Part shown: one piece after another, positions 39,069 to 51,639 of the stretch
Layout of the letters: each line of letters begins with the position of its first letter
How positions within the stretch are numbered: position 1 is the first letter of the stretch
Assembly: GCF_004010195.1 (NCBI RefSeq)
Contig: NC_057749.1
Span: 6,965,416-7,029,415, forward strand
Direction of reading: 5' to 3'
Source: Chiloscyllium plagiosum
Lineage: Eukaryota
Length of the DNA: 64,000 bases
Position numbers and translations under genes: made by a program
The notes under the pieces: model-generated
The model's database searches: none
What the model was told of the DNA's origin: nothing
What the model saw: the letters and a program-made list of their open reading frames with translations, nothing else

Positions 39069-39372
39069 GGGTGGAACGGTGGCTCAGTGGTTAGCACTGC
39101 TGCCTCACAGCACCAGGGACCTGGGGTGAGCCCAGCCTCAGGTGACTGCCTGTGTGGAGTTTGCATATTCTCCCCCTGTCTGTGTGGGTGTGCTCTGGTT
39201 TCCTCCCACAATCCAAAAATGTGCAGGTTAGGTGAATTGGCCATGCTAAATTGCCCATAGTCTGTGTTCAGGGATGTGTAGGCTAGGTGTGTTAGTCAGG
39301 GATACTGGGTGGGTTACTCTTCGGCGGGTCGGTGTGGACCTGTCGGCTTGTTTCTACACTGTAGGGGTTCTA
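39069..39372 (+). mobile_element. HE1 SINE
   Basis: cggtggctcagtggttagcactgctgcctcacagcaccaggg head. Confidence 0.88.
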
Positions 39373-39663
39373 GGATTTCTTATGAACTTCACAATCGTGC
39401 CTTTTCCAAATAGCCATTGATCCTCTTACTGATTAAAAATCTCTCTGTCTCAGCCTTGAATATACTTATTGATCTAGCCTCAACAGCATTTAGCGAGTGA
39501 AAAACTCCACTGATTCACTCCCCTCGAAGTGAAGGAATTCCTCTTGAGCTCTGTCTTAAATGAGCGACCCTTTCTTTCAAGATCATTCCCTCTGGTTCTT
39601 GACTCTCTCACAAGAGGAAGCAATGTCTCAGCATCTACCCTGTTAAGTCCTTTAAGAATCAGG

Positions 39664-40100
39664 GTGAAAAATCACACAACACCAACTTATGATTAGATTA
39701 GATTACTTACAGTATAGAAACAGGCCCTTCGGCCCAACAAGTCCACACCGACCCTTCGAAGAGCAACACACCCAGACTCATTCCCCTACATTTACCCCTT
39801 CACCTAACACTACGGGCAATTTAGCACAGCCAAGTCACCTGACCTGCACATCTTTGGATTGTTCGAGGAAATCGGAGCAAACCCACACAGACACGGGGAG
39901 AATGTGCAAACTCCACACAGACAGTTGCCTGAGGCGGGAATTGAACCCGGGTCTCTGGCGCTGTGAGGCAGCCACTTGATGAAGGAGCAGCGCTCCAAAA
40001 GCTAATGCTTCCAATTAAACCTGATGGACCATAGCCTGGTGTTGTGTGATTTTTAACTTTGTACACCGCAGTCCAACACCGGCATCTCCAAATCATGTCG
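39664..40100. mobile_element. Family B element with a minus-strand HE1 (39690-39972) in its centre
   Basis: TSD aagaatcagg at 39654-39663 and 40101-40110; left arm aaaaatcacacaacacc; right arm ttgatgaaggagcagcgctccaaaagcta..gtccaacaccggcatctcca. Confidence 0.75.
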
Positions 40101-40169
40101 AAGAATCAGGCATGCTTTATTACTTCTCACCATCTTCACACTAACCTGCTGGGCAAGCATCTCAACACG

Positions 40170-40383
40170 AAGGGCAATATTTTACACAGTTCATGTGTGG
40201 AATGAACTCCCAGAGGAAGTGGTGGATGAGGGTACAGTTATAACGTTTGAAAGACGTTTGGATAAGTACATGAATAAGAAATATTTGGAGGGATATGGGC
40301 CAGGAGCAGGCACGTGGGACTTGTTTAGTTTGGACTGGTTGGACTGAAGGGTCTGTTTCCATGCAGTATGACTCTGTGACTCT
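40170..40383 (+). mobile_element. CR1 3' fragment
   Basis: tgtggaatgaactcccagaggaagtggtggat..gggtctgtttccatgcagtatgactctgtgactcta. Confidence 0.8.
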
Positions 40384-40799
40384 ACAACTTGCCACTAATT
40401 AATTCCATTTAAATGGTTTATTAACAGCCACCAATAAACCTCAATTCATCTGAAGACCTGAATTCCTGGAATGTGCCAAAGTATGGCAGGTTTCACGACA
40501 AGGAGGAAGTGACTTACCATCCAGGTCAGGCAGTTGGGGAAGCTTCCAATTGCACCAATCTGTATCCAGTTGGGGGAGTGGAGTGTGGGTGGGTTGGAGA
40601 ATGGCAGGTAGTGGGGGTTTGGCTGCTGAAAGCTATCCTCTTGCCTCAGACCACTGTCTCCTCATGACCCCAATCTGCCAGACTCGAAATAAAAGAGCAT
40701 TTCCTCTCTCAACATTTGAGTCCTTGAAGTCTGGACGTCTAGCAACAATCACTAAGGCCAATACACTTTATTCTTTTATACATATTCCTTTATTTTTCT

Positions 40800-41012
40800 A
40801 GTTTATATTTAGAATGACTTTATGCTAACCTTACCTCTTTATTTTTCTAATTATTCTATGAAGGTAATGCTTAACTTTTTAACTTTGTTGTTTTTATTGG
40901 TTTGTACCTGAGTTTTTTGAACTAGGTACCTAAGATGGCGCCGTGTGTGGCAACATTAGGCACTTATAACTGTATCCTGTACTTGAGTACACGCGACAAT
41001 GAAAATCTAAAC
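40800..41012 (+). mobile_element. Non-LTR element 3' tail (Rex1/Babar-like, tentative)
   Basis: T-rich 3' UTR ending gtacctaagatggcgccgtg..acttgagtacacgcgacaatgaaaatcta. Confidence 0.4.
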
Positions 41013-42717
41013 CTGCTGGTCAGTCAGAAGCTAACAACTTCTACTGGTATGAGGCTAAAGTATCAAAGGTCATGATTCACATAGAAAAGATTGTCAAACA
41101 GTTCTATAGTGGCTCACTGGAGCTCGATCTGGTGAACTTCCTTGCTTACTGGGTTCTGCACTGCTGCAGCTGTGAGTATCAATTAGAAGATGTACTATGT
41201 CAATTCACCTTTGACCCCACCTTCCACCTGCCATCAGATAGGTAAGGACGCAGACACACGCGAATGTCATTGCTGCCTACTACCTTCCAAACCACACCCC
41301 ATCTTGACTTGGAAATATATCACCGTTCCTTCACTGTCATTGGGTCAAATTCCTGGCACTCCCTGTCCAACAGCACTGTGTGTGAACCTACACCAGAAGT
41401 ACTGTAGTCGTTCAAGAAGGTGGCTCACCACCGCCTCCTCCAGGGCAAATGAGGAATGGGAAGTAAAATGATCATCTTACCAGCAATGGACACATCTCAT
41501 GACCAATCAGAAAAAAAACATCTGAAATGGCTTCCTGAGACAAGCTGTTCAAGGACAATTTGGCACGGGCAACAATCACAGAATTGTTATGGTGCATTCA
41601 GCCCATCGTGCCTACGCCAATTCTATCCCCTAGTGCCAATCTCCTGCCTTTTCCCCATATTCGTGCACACCATTACTATCCAAATAACCATTCAACACTC
41701 TCCTGAATGCCTCAAATGCTGATTTTCTACAGTGAGGGCCACATCCTATGAAAAAACACACACAATGGGGAGGTTTTTGATTTTTTGACGTGAACTGTAG
41801 CCTTGATGTTGTCCGCTCAAAGCGTCAGACTCAGCCAGCAGAACAGAAAGGACGACATGGCAAAGTTAAATGGGGAAGGTCATCTAAAAAAAAAACCACC
41901 TGTCCTCTTTAAAAAAAATCTTATTAACGATAAAACATAACCATCTTGATTTTGCGATGGTGCAGCTGGCCTCTTCTAACTTTCGGAAGGATAGTGAAGG
42001 TGAACATTTTAGGGCCTAGCATCAATTTTCAGTCCTCCATTGCCTGCACAGAATCGTTCTAACTAGCCAAGATTCAGGGGAAACAGGCCTCTCTCGGACT
42101 TTATGCTTCACGTTGTTGAAACAGGATGTGAAGAATTCTCTTATCTGGAATTCAGAGCATTAAAACAGAAGGAACTGGGAGGTTTCATTTTGTTTTAATG
42201 GTGTGAAAAGATTACTTCATCCAGTTTGAGCCAGCTGCGGCATGTCTTTCGAAGGGTTGAAAACAGTCATCAAATAAATCCTCCATGGGTAGCTGGAGAC
42301 AGAAATTTACAGCTCCCACTCCTAATTTTTGGGATCAATCAGCCATGAATAATGGTCTCAAAAGGCCATCCGCGCCTACTCAAAGGATTCCTATAAAGCC
42401 ATTCTCTTCCATCAAACTGCCCTGTGAACAGGACAGAGGGATGGAGGTTTCAGAACTGGTTTAATCTTGTCAACCAAAGCTTTCACATTTCCCTCAAAAG
42501 ATCCGGGACTGACTGAGCAGAGGATGGGGGTGCTGCTGTCCAGGTACAAAGAGATGCTTGTGTTCATAAAAGTATCTTTCACAATCTAAGTGCATCCTGG
42601 TGCATCTCACAGCCAACGAAACACTCTGTGAACTCTGGTCACTGCTGCCATGGAGGAATTGCAGTAGTCAAATGTTACTCAGCATGATCCCAGAAAGAGC
42701 TGGGCTGGTTATGGCCA

Positions 42718-43146
42718 TGATATGGAGGTGCCCGGTGTTGGACTCGGGTGGACAAAGTTAAACATCGCACAGCACCAGGCGATAGTCCAATGGGTTTATT
42801 TGAAAGTTCAAGCTTTGGGAGCACTGCTCCTTTATCAGGTAGCCAGTGGGGCAGGATACATAGGACTCAGAATTTATAAGGAAAAGATCAAAGTGTCATA
42901 CAACTGATGTGATGTATTAGTCAAACCTAGATGGCTATTAAGTCTGTAATCACTTGGAATGGGGATGTAGATTTTGATTGATTAACATGTAAATCCCTGA
43001 ATTTACTGCCCCGAGACAACTTAAGGTTTTATCAGTATAATAAAAAAAAGTGACATCTCAGCTCAGACAATGCATTAAAGGTGTGAGGCTAGAGTCAGAA
43101 ACAAACCTATTGGACTATAACCGGGTGGCGTGTGACTTTTAACTCA
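42718..43146 (-). mobile_element. Longer family B Penelope-derived element with a short inverted end
   Basis: Arm tggaggtgcccggtgttggactc..tagtccaatgggtttatttg, ~250 bp of extra internal sequence, inverted piece aaacctattggactataaccggg; TSD gttatggcca on both sides. Confidence 0.7.
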
Positions 43147-44054
43147 GTTATGGCCAGATCATCTGGATTGCTATTCCCCAGTGATGTTGGTTGAGGGATA
43201 AGCATTTGCCGGGACACTGAGGAGGCTCTCCCTGCTCCTTGTCTTTACATCCCAACAGAAGTTGGGGCGAGTGGGGGGGAGGGGGGGGGGGTGTGGGAGG
43301 CAAGCAAGGTGGTACATTTTAACATCTTGCCCAAAACGTAATGCTGCTGACAGGGCAGTACTTTACTGCATTAGTCTCCCAGTATACAGCATCCTCCTGT
43401 TCCTCGTTCTTACGGTCTTACCCAAAAACTAAACACTGAGAGACACAAGGGAGATTCATTAATCCAAATAGGGAAGAATCATCAACAATTGCATCTGTCT
43501 GTAAACTCAATAGAATTCAGTGTGGTACATTGTTGTGAAAATTCCTCTATCACTCAAGTCTAAATGGAAATGCCATCTTCAAAAATCTGTGTTCCAATAT
43601 TTATGCTTCAACAGTTTAACATGTTCAGAGCTCTTTCTTGTTTCTCTCCCAGTTTGACCATTTCTCTAAATACTTACAAACTGTCGTATCCATCCATGTG
43701 GCAGGGAGCATTGTCAGCCCTCAACTCTTAGCCCTCTTCACACACTCCATCACCCCTCCAACCTAAATCATTGCTGCTGGGCAGTGAAGGTGGAGATGAA
43801 GCTTGAGAGGTCATCCAGTTGGACAGAGGCGGACACTGACCATGCACTTACTCAAAGGGTATATGCCAACACAAATCTCATGTGCACCCCCCTAGGTTGA
43901 GGTGACAAATACATCTTATCAGAGGCACCTGGTTCAAACCCATTCAGTTCCACACCTTTGCTTCCACAGTAAAGTGTCTGTCAAATGCATGAAAGGAATG
44001 TTAATGGCCCAGGTGAACTGAAACTATTTACATTGTTCAGATGCAGCTCTGGTT

Positions 44055-44591
44055 CTGTCGCAAGTGTGGCTCCTTTAACAAAGTTATTTTGTCCTTGGGT
44101 TTGTTTTTAACAGAGGTTGTAAAGGCAGAGGTGTCAAAATGTCTGGGAGAGAGCCTTGTTTAACAATGACAGGAGTGTGGCCAGTTCTCCCAGTTCGGGT
44201 TTATTCGAGTTGTAACAGTGAGAAGTTGCTGCAGTGCAGAGAGAGCTTCCATGCTTCAACAGATGATTCCTGGCTGACTTGTCTCTCTGAAATCTCTCCT
44301 GCTGATAAGAACCAGAGTTTGAACCAGAGTTGGAACAGCTCCTGAGTTAAGTTGCAGTATCAAGTGAGTTGGGTTTTCAAATAGGTAAGTTATTCCAAAT
44401 TCTGTTTTCTTTTGTTTGTGATTCAAAAGCAATGTGTAAATAAATTCTGTTTTGCTTTAAGTCAAGTGGTTTGACTAGCTTCATCACTCTTGGAATATCC
44501 ACTTCACAGCTGCCTTTAAAATAAGAAAATGTTAGGGTCTGGGATACCTTTTCAACATACTTTGAGTGGGGCCTGGCCTGATCCATTAACA
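44055..44591 (+). mobile_element. Probable solo LTR (Gypsy-type, tentative)
   Basis: tgtcgcaa...ggcctggcctgatccattaaca (TG..CA ends); 3' end related to 9556-10352. Confidence 0.5.
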
Positions 44592-44616
44592 CCAAATGGA
44601 AGTGTAAAAGACCAAC

Positions 44617-44833
44617 GTTAAAAATCACACAAGACCAGCTTATAGTCTAACAGGTTTATTTGAAAGCTGTAGCTTTCGGAGCGCTGCTTCTCCATCAAGT
44701 TGTGACAATCATCTGATGAAGGTGCAGCGCTCCGAAAGCTAGTGCTTCCAAATAAACCTGTTGGACTATTACCTGGTGTTGTGTGATTTTTAACTTTGTA
44801 CACCCCAGTCCAACACCGGCTCCTCCACATCAT
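44617..44833. mobile_element. Family B fold-back element with a near-intact hammerhead core
   Basis: Inverted arms; cat-CTGATGA-a-ggtgc-agc-gctcc-GAAA-gcta-gtg at 44710-44744, with an antisense degenerate copy at ~44670-44700. Confidence 0.8.
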
Positions 44834-45069
44834 GGAAGATCAATGACATCCTCTGTTGTCTCACCGTGTAAAGTAAATTTGCAGCTCTACTGCTTTTTTA
44901 TAAAGGTTGATGCAATATGTTGCAATATTATGTAAGACAGGACAGCCATATTTATGTTTTGATGGTATTTCCTGAGGACTTTTTAATTAAAAAAAAGCAA
45001 CATGGGTCTGCAGTAATCAGGTTTATACACACAGGAGTGAGCGAAGATACTTTTTATTTAAGTACATCT

Positions 45070-45385
45070 ATGAGATGTGGGTGTCGCTGGCTGGGCCAGC
45101 ATTTATTGCCCATCCCTAATTACCCCAAGGACAATTATGAGTCAACCACATTGTTGTGGGTCTGGAGTCACATGTAGGCCAGACCAGGTAAGGTTAACAG
45201 ATTTTCTTCCCTCAAGGAACCACATGGGGTTTTCCTGAAAAACTGGTGAAGCATTTCTGGTCATCATTTGACTCTTAATTCCAGACTGATTGAATTAAAA
45301 TTCTGTGGTGGGATTTGAACCCATGTCCGCAGAGCCTGGGTCTCTGGATTAATAGTCTAGCCATCATACCACTAGGCCATTGCCT
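45070..45385 (-). mobile_element. Family-2 tRNA-derived SINE
   Basis: ggccagcatttattgcccatccctaatt tail and ggtgggatttgaacccatgtcc..tctggattaatagtc head (reverse complement). Confidence 0.7.
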
Positions 45386-45856
45386 ACCATTATTGTTTTT
45401 TAAATTACATGCAATGATAAGAGTGATTCCATATCAGGTACAGTGAGGATTCTTGTTTATCTCACAAAGCTACTGGATGCTGACATTCCAACCACTAGGC
45501 CATGGATAGGTCAACCCCTTGCATTTACCTAGCACTTCTAATGCAATAGAAAATGTCCCAAGGTAGTTCACAGGGATGTTTTTGAATAAGGAAATACCAG
45601 TGAAGAAAACCCTAGTCAAACAGATAAGTTTTAATGAGAGTTCGAAATGGGAGGGAGAGGAGAGTGGGTGGGTGGGGGGTGGGGTTGTGTCTGAGAGGTA
45701 GAAAGATAGACAGAGTTCAGAAGCGAATTCCAGAGCTTAAACCTTATGCAGTTAAAGACACAATATGGAGACCTGAATTGGAGGAACACAGAGGATTGCA
45801 AAAAAACTTACACCATATTTTCTAATCAAGCTGGTCAACGATGTTACTGCACAACA

Positions 45857-46200
45857 ATCATGAGGGGCATGGATAGGGTGAATAACCAAGGTCTTTTTTC
45901 CCAGAGTAAGGGAGTCCTAATCTAGAGAGCATAAATTTATGGTGAGAGAGGAAAGTTTTAAAAAGGACTATAGGGGCAACGTTTTTTTAAATGCAGAGGG
46001 TGGTGTGTGTATGGAATGAGCTGCCAGAGGAAGTGGTAAAGGCTGATGCAATTACAAAATTTAAAAGGCAATGGATGCGTATATGAATAGGAAAGATTTA
46101 GAGAGATTATGGGCTAAATACTGGCAAATAGGACTAGATTAATTTAGGATACCTGGTCAGTGTTAGACCAAAGTGTCAATTCTCTTGCAGTGTAATTCTA
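45857..46200 (+). mobile_element. CR1 3' fragment
   Basis: atcatgaggggcatggatagggtgaat..gtatggaatgagctgccagaggaagtggt. Confidence 0.8.
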
Positions 46201-47484
46201 CGCAGGCAGGACTTGAAACCAGGACTCTGGGTCCAGAGGCAGGCACACTACCACTGCACCACTAAATTCCCACAATGCTTTACCCTTGGGCTTTGGATTA
46301 CAACCCAGTGACATTACCACTATGCGACCACCTCAATGATGGAGAGGGTTACAGCACTGAAGAAGTGAGGGACCAGGAATTCTTAATAAACAAGACAAAC
46401 ATTTAAAATCAAAGTATTGCCAGAGAGGGAACCAGTTTAGGAGAGAAGACACAAGGGCTGATAGCTGAATAGTGTTTAGTATGAGTTAAGAGACAGACAG
46501 CAGAGTTTGGATGAAGAAGGAAAGAAGATTTAACGTGCTGTCTCTTTAGCTGTGAGCATAATGCTGCTTACATCGCTGTTGGGGAAAAAAAAACTGCTTT
46601 AATGTCGAGGTCCGCTGTGGTTTAACCTGCAACTTTTCAAAAGCTGACATTTTATCAATTCCCATAAATCATCCCAGGCTGCCTACACTTCAACAAGGAA
46701 CATGTTGGATGCATTTCTGCCCTCGACTTTTAACATCTTAACATACGTCAAGCTGGATTTTGAGCAGACTGTTTTCCTTATTACAGTTAACTGTAAGGAA
46801 ACAATAGACTGAAGGTCCTCTCAGTTCATTTGCATGAAAAATTGTTTTTGCATAATTAATATGTGGCATTTGTATGGTCGCATCTTTCACAAAAGAACGA
46901 TGGATAGAAATAATCCTGGATATGAATTCAGATAAAATCTTTAACCCTTTCACGTGCAAAAGCCAATGAAAGAGTACAAATTGTAATAAATTGAGGCAGA
47001 CCCATGGTTGATGTTTCGCTTGGTCTTATGGAGGGTACAGTGGACATCAGAGCTTCTGGAATTCAGAGAGAAAGGAAAGAGCTGGGAGTTTTCTTGGACC
47101 TGATTTCTATCCATTCGGTTGACTAAACTAATCCTTGGAATAGGTGAGCTGTTTTCTGAAGAAGGCTGGACAGCCCAGGCTTGTATGATTTCCAAATTGT
47201 GAGGGGGCTGGACAGAGTAGGTAAGCCGTTTACGCTCGCAAAAGGTGCAAGAAATCTGTCACTCAGCGGGTTGTTAGGGAATGGAAGGCAGTAAGTCGAA
47301 ATATGGTGCAGGCACGTTTCAGTAAGGCTTTCAAGAGGGGGGGGGCATTCGATGATTAATTGGTTAGAAATATTGTGTGAAAGTATAGGAAAATAGCAGG
47401 TGAATAACATGAGGTGATGATGCTTATTTGAAGAGCTAATGCAAACATGGGCCCAATGGCCACCTTCTGCTGCGTAAGTCGAAT

Positions 47485-47810
47485 TAGAATCACTATGGAA
47501 GCCGGCCATTCAACCTATCGAGTCAGCACTGCCCTCCAAACAGCATCCCACCGAGACCCACCCCATCCTTGTATCCCATGTACCCTACCTTGCATATCCC
47601 ATGGCTTATCCACCTAGCCTGCATAGCCTTGGATACTATGGGGAAATTTAGCTTGACCAATTCACTTAACCTGCACATCTTTGGATTGTGAGAGGTAAAC
47701 AGAGCACTCAGACATGCAGACAATGTGCGTACTCTACAGAGGCAATTACCCGAGGCTGGAATCAAACCCAGATCCCTGGCACTGTGAGGCAGCAGTGATA
47801 ACCACTGAAC
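47485..47810 (-). mobile_element. HE1 SINE
   Basis: ctgtgaggcagcagtgataaccactga head (reverse complement) and HE1 core. Confidence 0.85.
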
Positions 47811-48189
47811 CAGTGAATTCCATGATTCTAAATCAGCTGGAATCTAAAGGATTAAAAGCTGATTTATAATTGAGATATATAAGATACCTGCGGGCCTTGA
47901 CAAGGTGCATGGCAAAAAGATGTTTTCTCTTGTGAAAGAATTCCGATCTATCTCCCTGCTGGGCGGAATGTGGGTCCAACTGCCCCACTGCAGTGGTTCA
48001 AGAAGGCAGCTGACCACCAGCCTCTCAAAGGGATTGGGAATGGGCAATAAAAACTGGACCATGCACATCCCATGAATGAAAAGAAGACTTTGGGCTCACT
48101 GTTTGCAAAATAAGGGATCACCCATTTAAGAGAAAGAGATAATAAGAAAGTTGTTCCTCACACAATATAATACATTTTGATACTTTGTA

Positions 48190-48790
48190 GAGTCATACAG
48201 CACAGAAACAATCCCTCCAGTCCATAATCTCAAACTAAACTAGTCCTGCATCCATCCAAACATTTTTTATCCATGTACTTATCCAAATGTTTTAAGTAGC
48301 CCAACAAGTCCACACCAAACCTCCAAACAGCAATCCACCCAGACCCATACATTTACCCCTGACTAATGCACATAGCCTACGCATCCCTAAACACCATGGG
48401 CAATTTAGCAAGGCCAATTCACTTAACCTGCTCATCCTTGGATAGGGGGAGGAAACCCACGGGGAGAACATACAAACTCCACACGGAGAGTCAACCAGGG
48501 CTGGAATCGAACCCCCTTCCCTGGTACTGCGAGGCAGCAGTGCTAACCACTGAGCCACCATGCCATGTCTTTTAAACATTACAACTGTACTTGCATCCAT
48601 CACTTTCTTTGGAAGTTCGTTCCACACACAAACTACTCTCTGTGTAAAATAACTGCCATCATGTCAGTACTGAAAAAAATCTTTCTCTCCTCACCTTAAA
48701 AATATGCCCCCCAGTCTTAAAGATCACCCACCCTAGGGAAAAGACACCTCCTGTTCACCTTATCTATACCCCTCATGATTTTATAAGGCC
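48190..48790 (-). mobile_element. CR1 3' fragment with a nested minus-strand HE1 (48296-48565)
   Basis: The CR1 sequence acttatccaaatgt..ttttaaacattacaactgtac is split by an HE1. Confidence 0.8.
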
Positions 48791-49102
48791 GCTATATTAG
48801 GCCATCCCTTACCTTCCTACTCATTTCTTTTTCAAAAGGCAGTGGAAGCAGTGTTACTGCATATTTTGTAAGACAGAGGCAGACATGTTCTTGATAAGCA
48901 AGGAGGTGAAAGGCTATCAAGGAGAAGGAGGGAATGTACAGTAATTAGATCAGCCTTGACCTTATTGAATGGCAGAGAATGCTCGAGGGGCCAAGTGTTC
49001 TATTCTTGACTCTAATTCATATCCAGCTTCAGAAAGTGAATTGGATGGTGAAATGATAAGCCTTGATACCTCGTACCATTGGAGAGCTCAGTAGCATTCA
49101 TT

Positions 49103-49362
49103 AGAACATAGAACATAGAAGAATACAGCGCAGTACAGGCCCTTTGGCCCTGGATGTTGCGCCGATCCAAGCCCACCTAACCTACACTAGCCCACTATCC
49201 TCCATATGCCTATCCAATGCCCATTTAAATGCCTATAAAGAGGGAGAGTCCACCACTGCTACTGGCAGGGCATTCCATGAACTCACGACTCGCTGAGTAA
49301 AGAATCTACCCCTAACATCTGTCCTATACCTACCACCCCTTAATTTAAAGCTATGCCCCCTC
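49103..49362 (-). mobile_element. Young CR1 3' end
   Basis: (tagaaca)n tail; TRGHSFKLRGGRYRTDVRGRFFTQRVVSSWNALP. Confidence 0.88.
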
Positions 49363-49628
49363 GTGTTTTGTGTTTTGGAAAACTTGAAACAGTCACACAA
49401 ACACAAAGGGTGCCCAATTCTCCCCATACAATTCAAGGGAACTGTGTAGAGAATTCCTGCTTCATTCTGTCAAGTAAGAGCTGGAACAGCTACTGGCCAT
49501 GGTAAAGATTAATAGGTTGTGAATGTAGGCAAACATAAGAGCACGGGGCTTGTTTCTAGCAAAGAGAAAGAGTGAGAGGGAATTAGATAAACGTCCTTAA
49601 AGTTATGAAGGAATTTGTTACTGTAGAC

Positions 49629-49846
49629 GAAATAACCCTACAGAGGCCAATATCCTGCCACCAAGTGACCTTTTATTTACATATGCATAGTACTTGATGC
49701 TGGTCTGGCTTCCTCAGAGCCAGCTCCCAGACACTCTTATTTGTATCTGTCAGCCAGGGCTCCCTGATTGGATCAGGTTAACAGCCCCAATCAAGAAACT
49801 CAGATTATATGAGGTCGAGATGGCTGACCTCATTACAATCACTGCC
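49629..49846 (-). mobile_element. Solo LTR, family L (uninterrupted)
   Basis: Reverse complement of the 50409 copy (tctgtcagccagggctccctgattggatcaggttaacagccccaatca). Confidence 0.72.
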
Positions 49847-50114
49847 GTAGAGATTTGGATTATTTTTCCATTTGTTAGACAGCTCCCAAAGGGCTACAGA
49901 TACCCAGTAACTAAGCATGCTTCAAGATCAAAATCAATATGCTTTGAGAGACTTCAGCGGATATTGGATTGGTGTGGGAAAATGACAATGACAGCGATAA
50001 TTTAATAAGATCAAGCAGTCTCAGGAGTCAAATGGCCTACTCCTTTACCCATGTTCTCAAATTGCCTCCTGAAACTGTGAGAGTTACCAATGAGTTCAGC
50101 AGAAGTGCTGCAGT

Positions 50115-50405
50115 GATTAGATTAGATTCGCTACAGTGTGGAAACAGGCCACACCGACCCTCCGAAGAGTAACCCACCCAGACCTATTTACCTCTGAATG
50201 ATACACCTAACAATACGGGCAATTTAGCATGGCCAATTCACCTAACCTGCATATCTTTGGACTGTGGAAGGAAACCAGAGAACCTGGAGGAAACCCACAC
50301 AGACACAGGGAGAATGTGCAAACTCCACACAAACAGTCACCCGAGGTTGGAATTGAACCTGGTGCTGTGAGGCAGCAGTGCTAACCACTGAGCCACTATG
50401 CCACC
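50115..50405 (-). mobile_element. HE1 SINE
   Basis: gattagattagatt tail; gctgtgaggcagcagtgctaaccactgagccac. Confidence 0.88.
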
Positions 50406-50518
50406 CCTTGTAATGCGGTCAGCCAGATGGACCTCATAGATTATGTGTTCCCTGATTGGGGCTGTTAACCTGGTCCAATCAGGGAGCCCTGGCTGACAGA
50501 TATAAACAGGAGTGTCAA

Positions 50519-50663
50519 AAAGTAATTTGATTTGTTGCATGACTTCTATTCCTTTCAACCAACACAGTTAGATTTTACAATTAAGAGACTTGTCTTTATC
50601 TTGTTAACTTTGAAGTGTAGTAAATTAAAATGCAATAAATATCTAAAACACTGAACAAAAAAA
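50519..50663 (+). pseudogene. Short retrocopy of a polyadenylated RNA 3' end
   Basis: AT-rich ~145 bp with AATAAA at 50634-50639, an A-tract from 50657, and a 15-bp TSD aaacaggagtgtcaa at 50504-50518 and 50664-50678. Confidence 0.7.
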
Positions 50664-50677
50664 AAACAGGAGTGTCA

Positions 50678-50977
50678 AGAGGTGGGCACCACAGGGAGTG
50701 GAGTGTTTTATTGCCCCCTCCAACTCTATTTTGATTTAATCCCTTCCCTACCCTTCACTTTTTGGATCACGCAGCACATTGCCCTTTGATGTGAAGGGCA
50801 CTGCTTGTTATTGACCACTCGGGTGTTTCCTTTCTTCCTGGTGGTGGAATATAAGTAAAGATTTACACACTTGTTGCTCTTCACTGTGCCTTACACCTGC
50901 ACACACACGATATGGGTACCAGGGAAAAATAAGAACTACCACTGTCAGGCTGTAGTGAGGGGGGGGAGGGGGGGGGA
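50678..50977 (+). mobile_element. Tx1/L1-clade LINE 3' end (5'-truncated)
   Basis: Begins with RWAPQGVECFIAPSNSILI*, which resembles the ORF2 C-terminus of fish/shark Tx1 elements as recalled; followed by a 3' UTR; agtgtca duplicated at 50671 and 50978. Confidence 0.55.
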
Positions 50978-50990
50978 AGTGTCAGAGGTT

Positions 50991-51309
50991 TTAGATTAGA
51001 TTAGATTACATTACAGTGTGGAAACAGGCCCTTCGGCCCAACAGGTCCACACCGACCCGCCGAAGCGTAATCCACCCATACCCCTACATTTACCCCTTAC
51101 CTAACACTACGAGCAATTTAGCATGGCCAATTCACCTGACCTGTACATCTTTGGACTGTGGGAGGAAACCGGAGCACCCGGAGGAAACCCACGCAGACAC
51201 GGGGAGAACGTGCAAACTCCACACAGTCAGTCGCCTGAGGTGGGAATTGAACCCGGGTCTCTGGCGCTGTGAGGCAGCAGTGCTAACCACTGAGCCACCG
51301 TGCCGCCCA
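50991..51309 (-). mobile_element. HE1 SINE (young, full length)
   Basis: (ttaga)n tail; near-consensus with CpGs retained. Confidence 0.92.
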
Positions 51310-51639
51310 CTCTGAGATCTTCACTCTGAGATCTGGCTCTGACGGAGCTTGATCAGTGTCAAGGAATCTCCATGTGTAAGTAATAGTTGACTTGATGATG
51401 GGATACAGGCCTCTGTGGAGTTATTTCAGAGGAGTCAAAGAGTGGGAGGAGTCTGGGGCTCACTATCACATGAAGTGATTCAGAGGAAAGCTGGTCAATA
51501 AATGTGGAAGCAAAGAATAGGAAGGTGTGCTAGGAGGTTCAGATGAATGTTAGAGGGATGGAGAGGGGAGGATGAGGCTCCTACGGCATAGAGTAGTTGG
51601 ATTAAGTTGGCTTTTTCCATTCTATGACCTTGGAGGAGA

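Larger units (their letters stand above)
50409..51428 (+). mobile_element. Solo LTR, family L, with three nested insertions
   Basis: tgtaatgcggtcagcc..gatataaacaggagtgtca, then inserts, then cactctgagatctggctctga..gatgggatacaggcctctgtggagttatttca. Confidence 0.72.

Noticed and set aside
43264..43300. G-rich tract with quadruplex potential (also 50958-50977)
   Set aside because: Simple poly-G runs inside repeat relics with no further supporting context.
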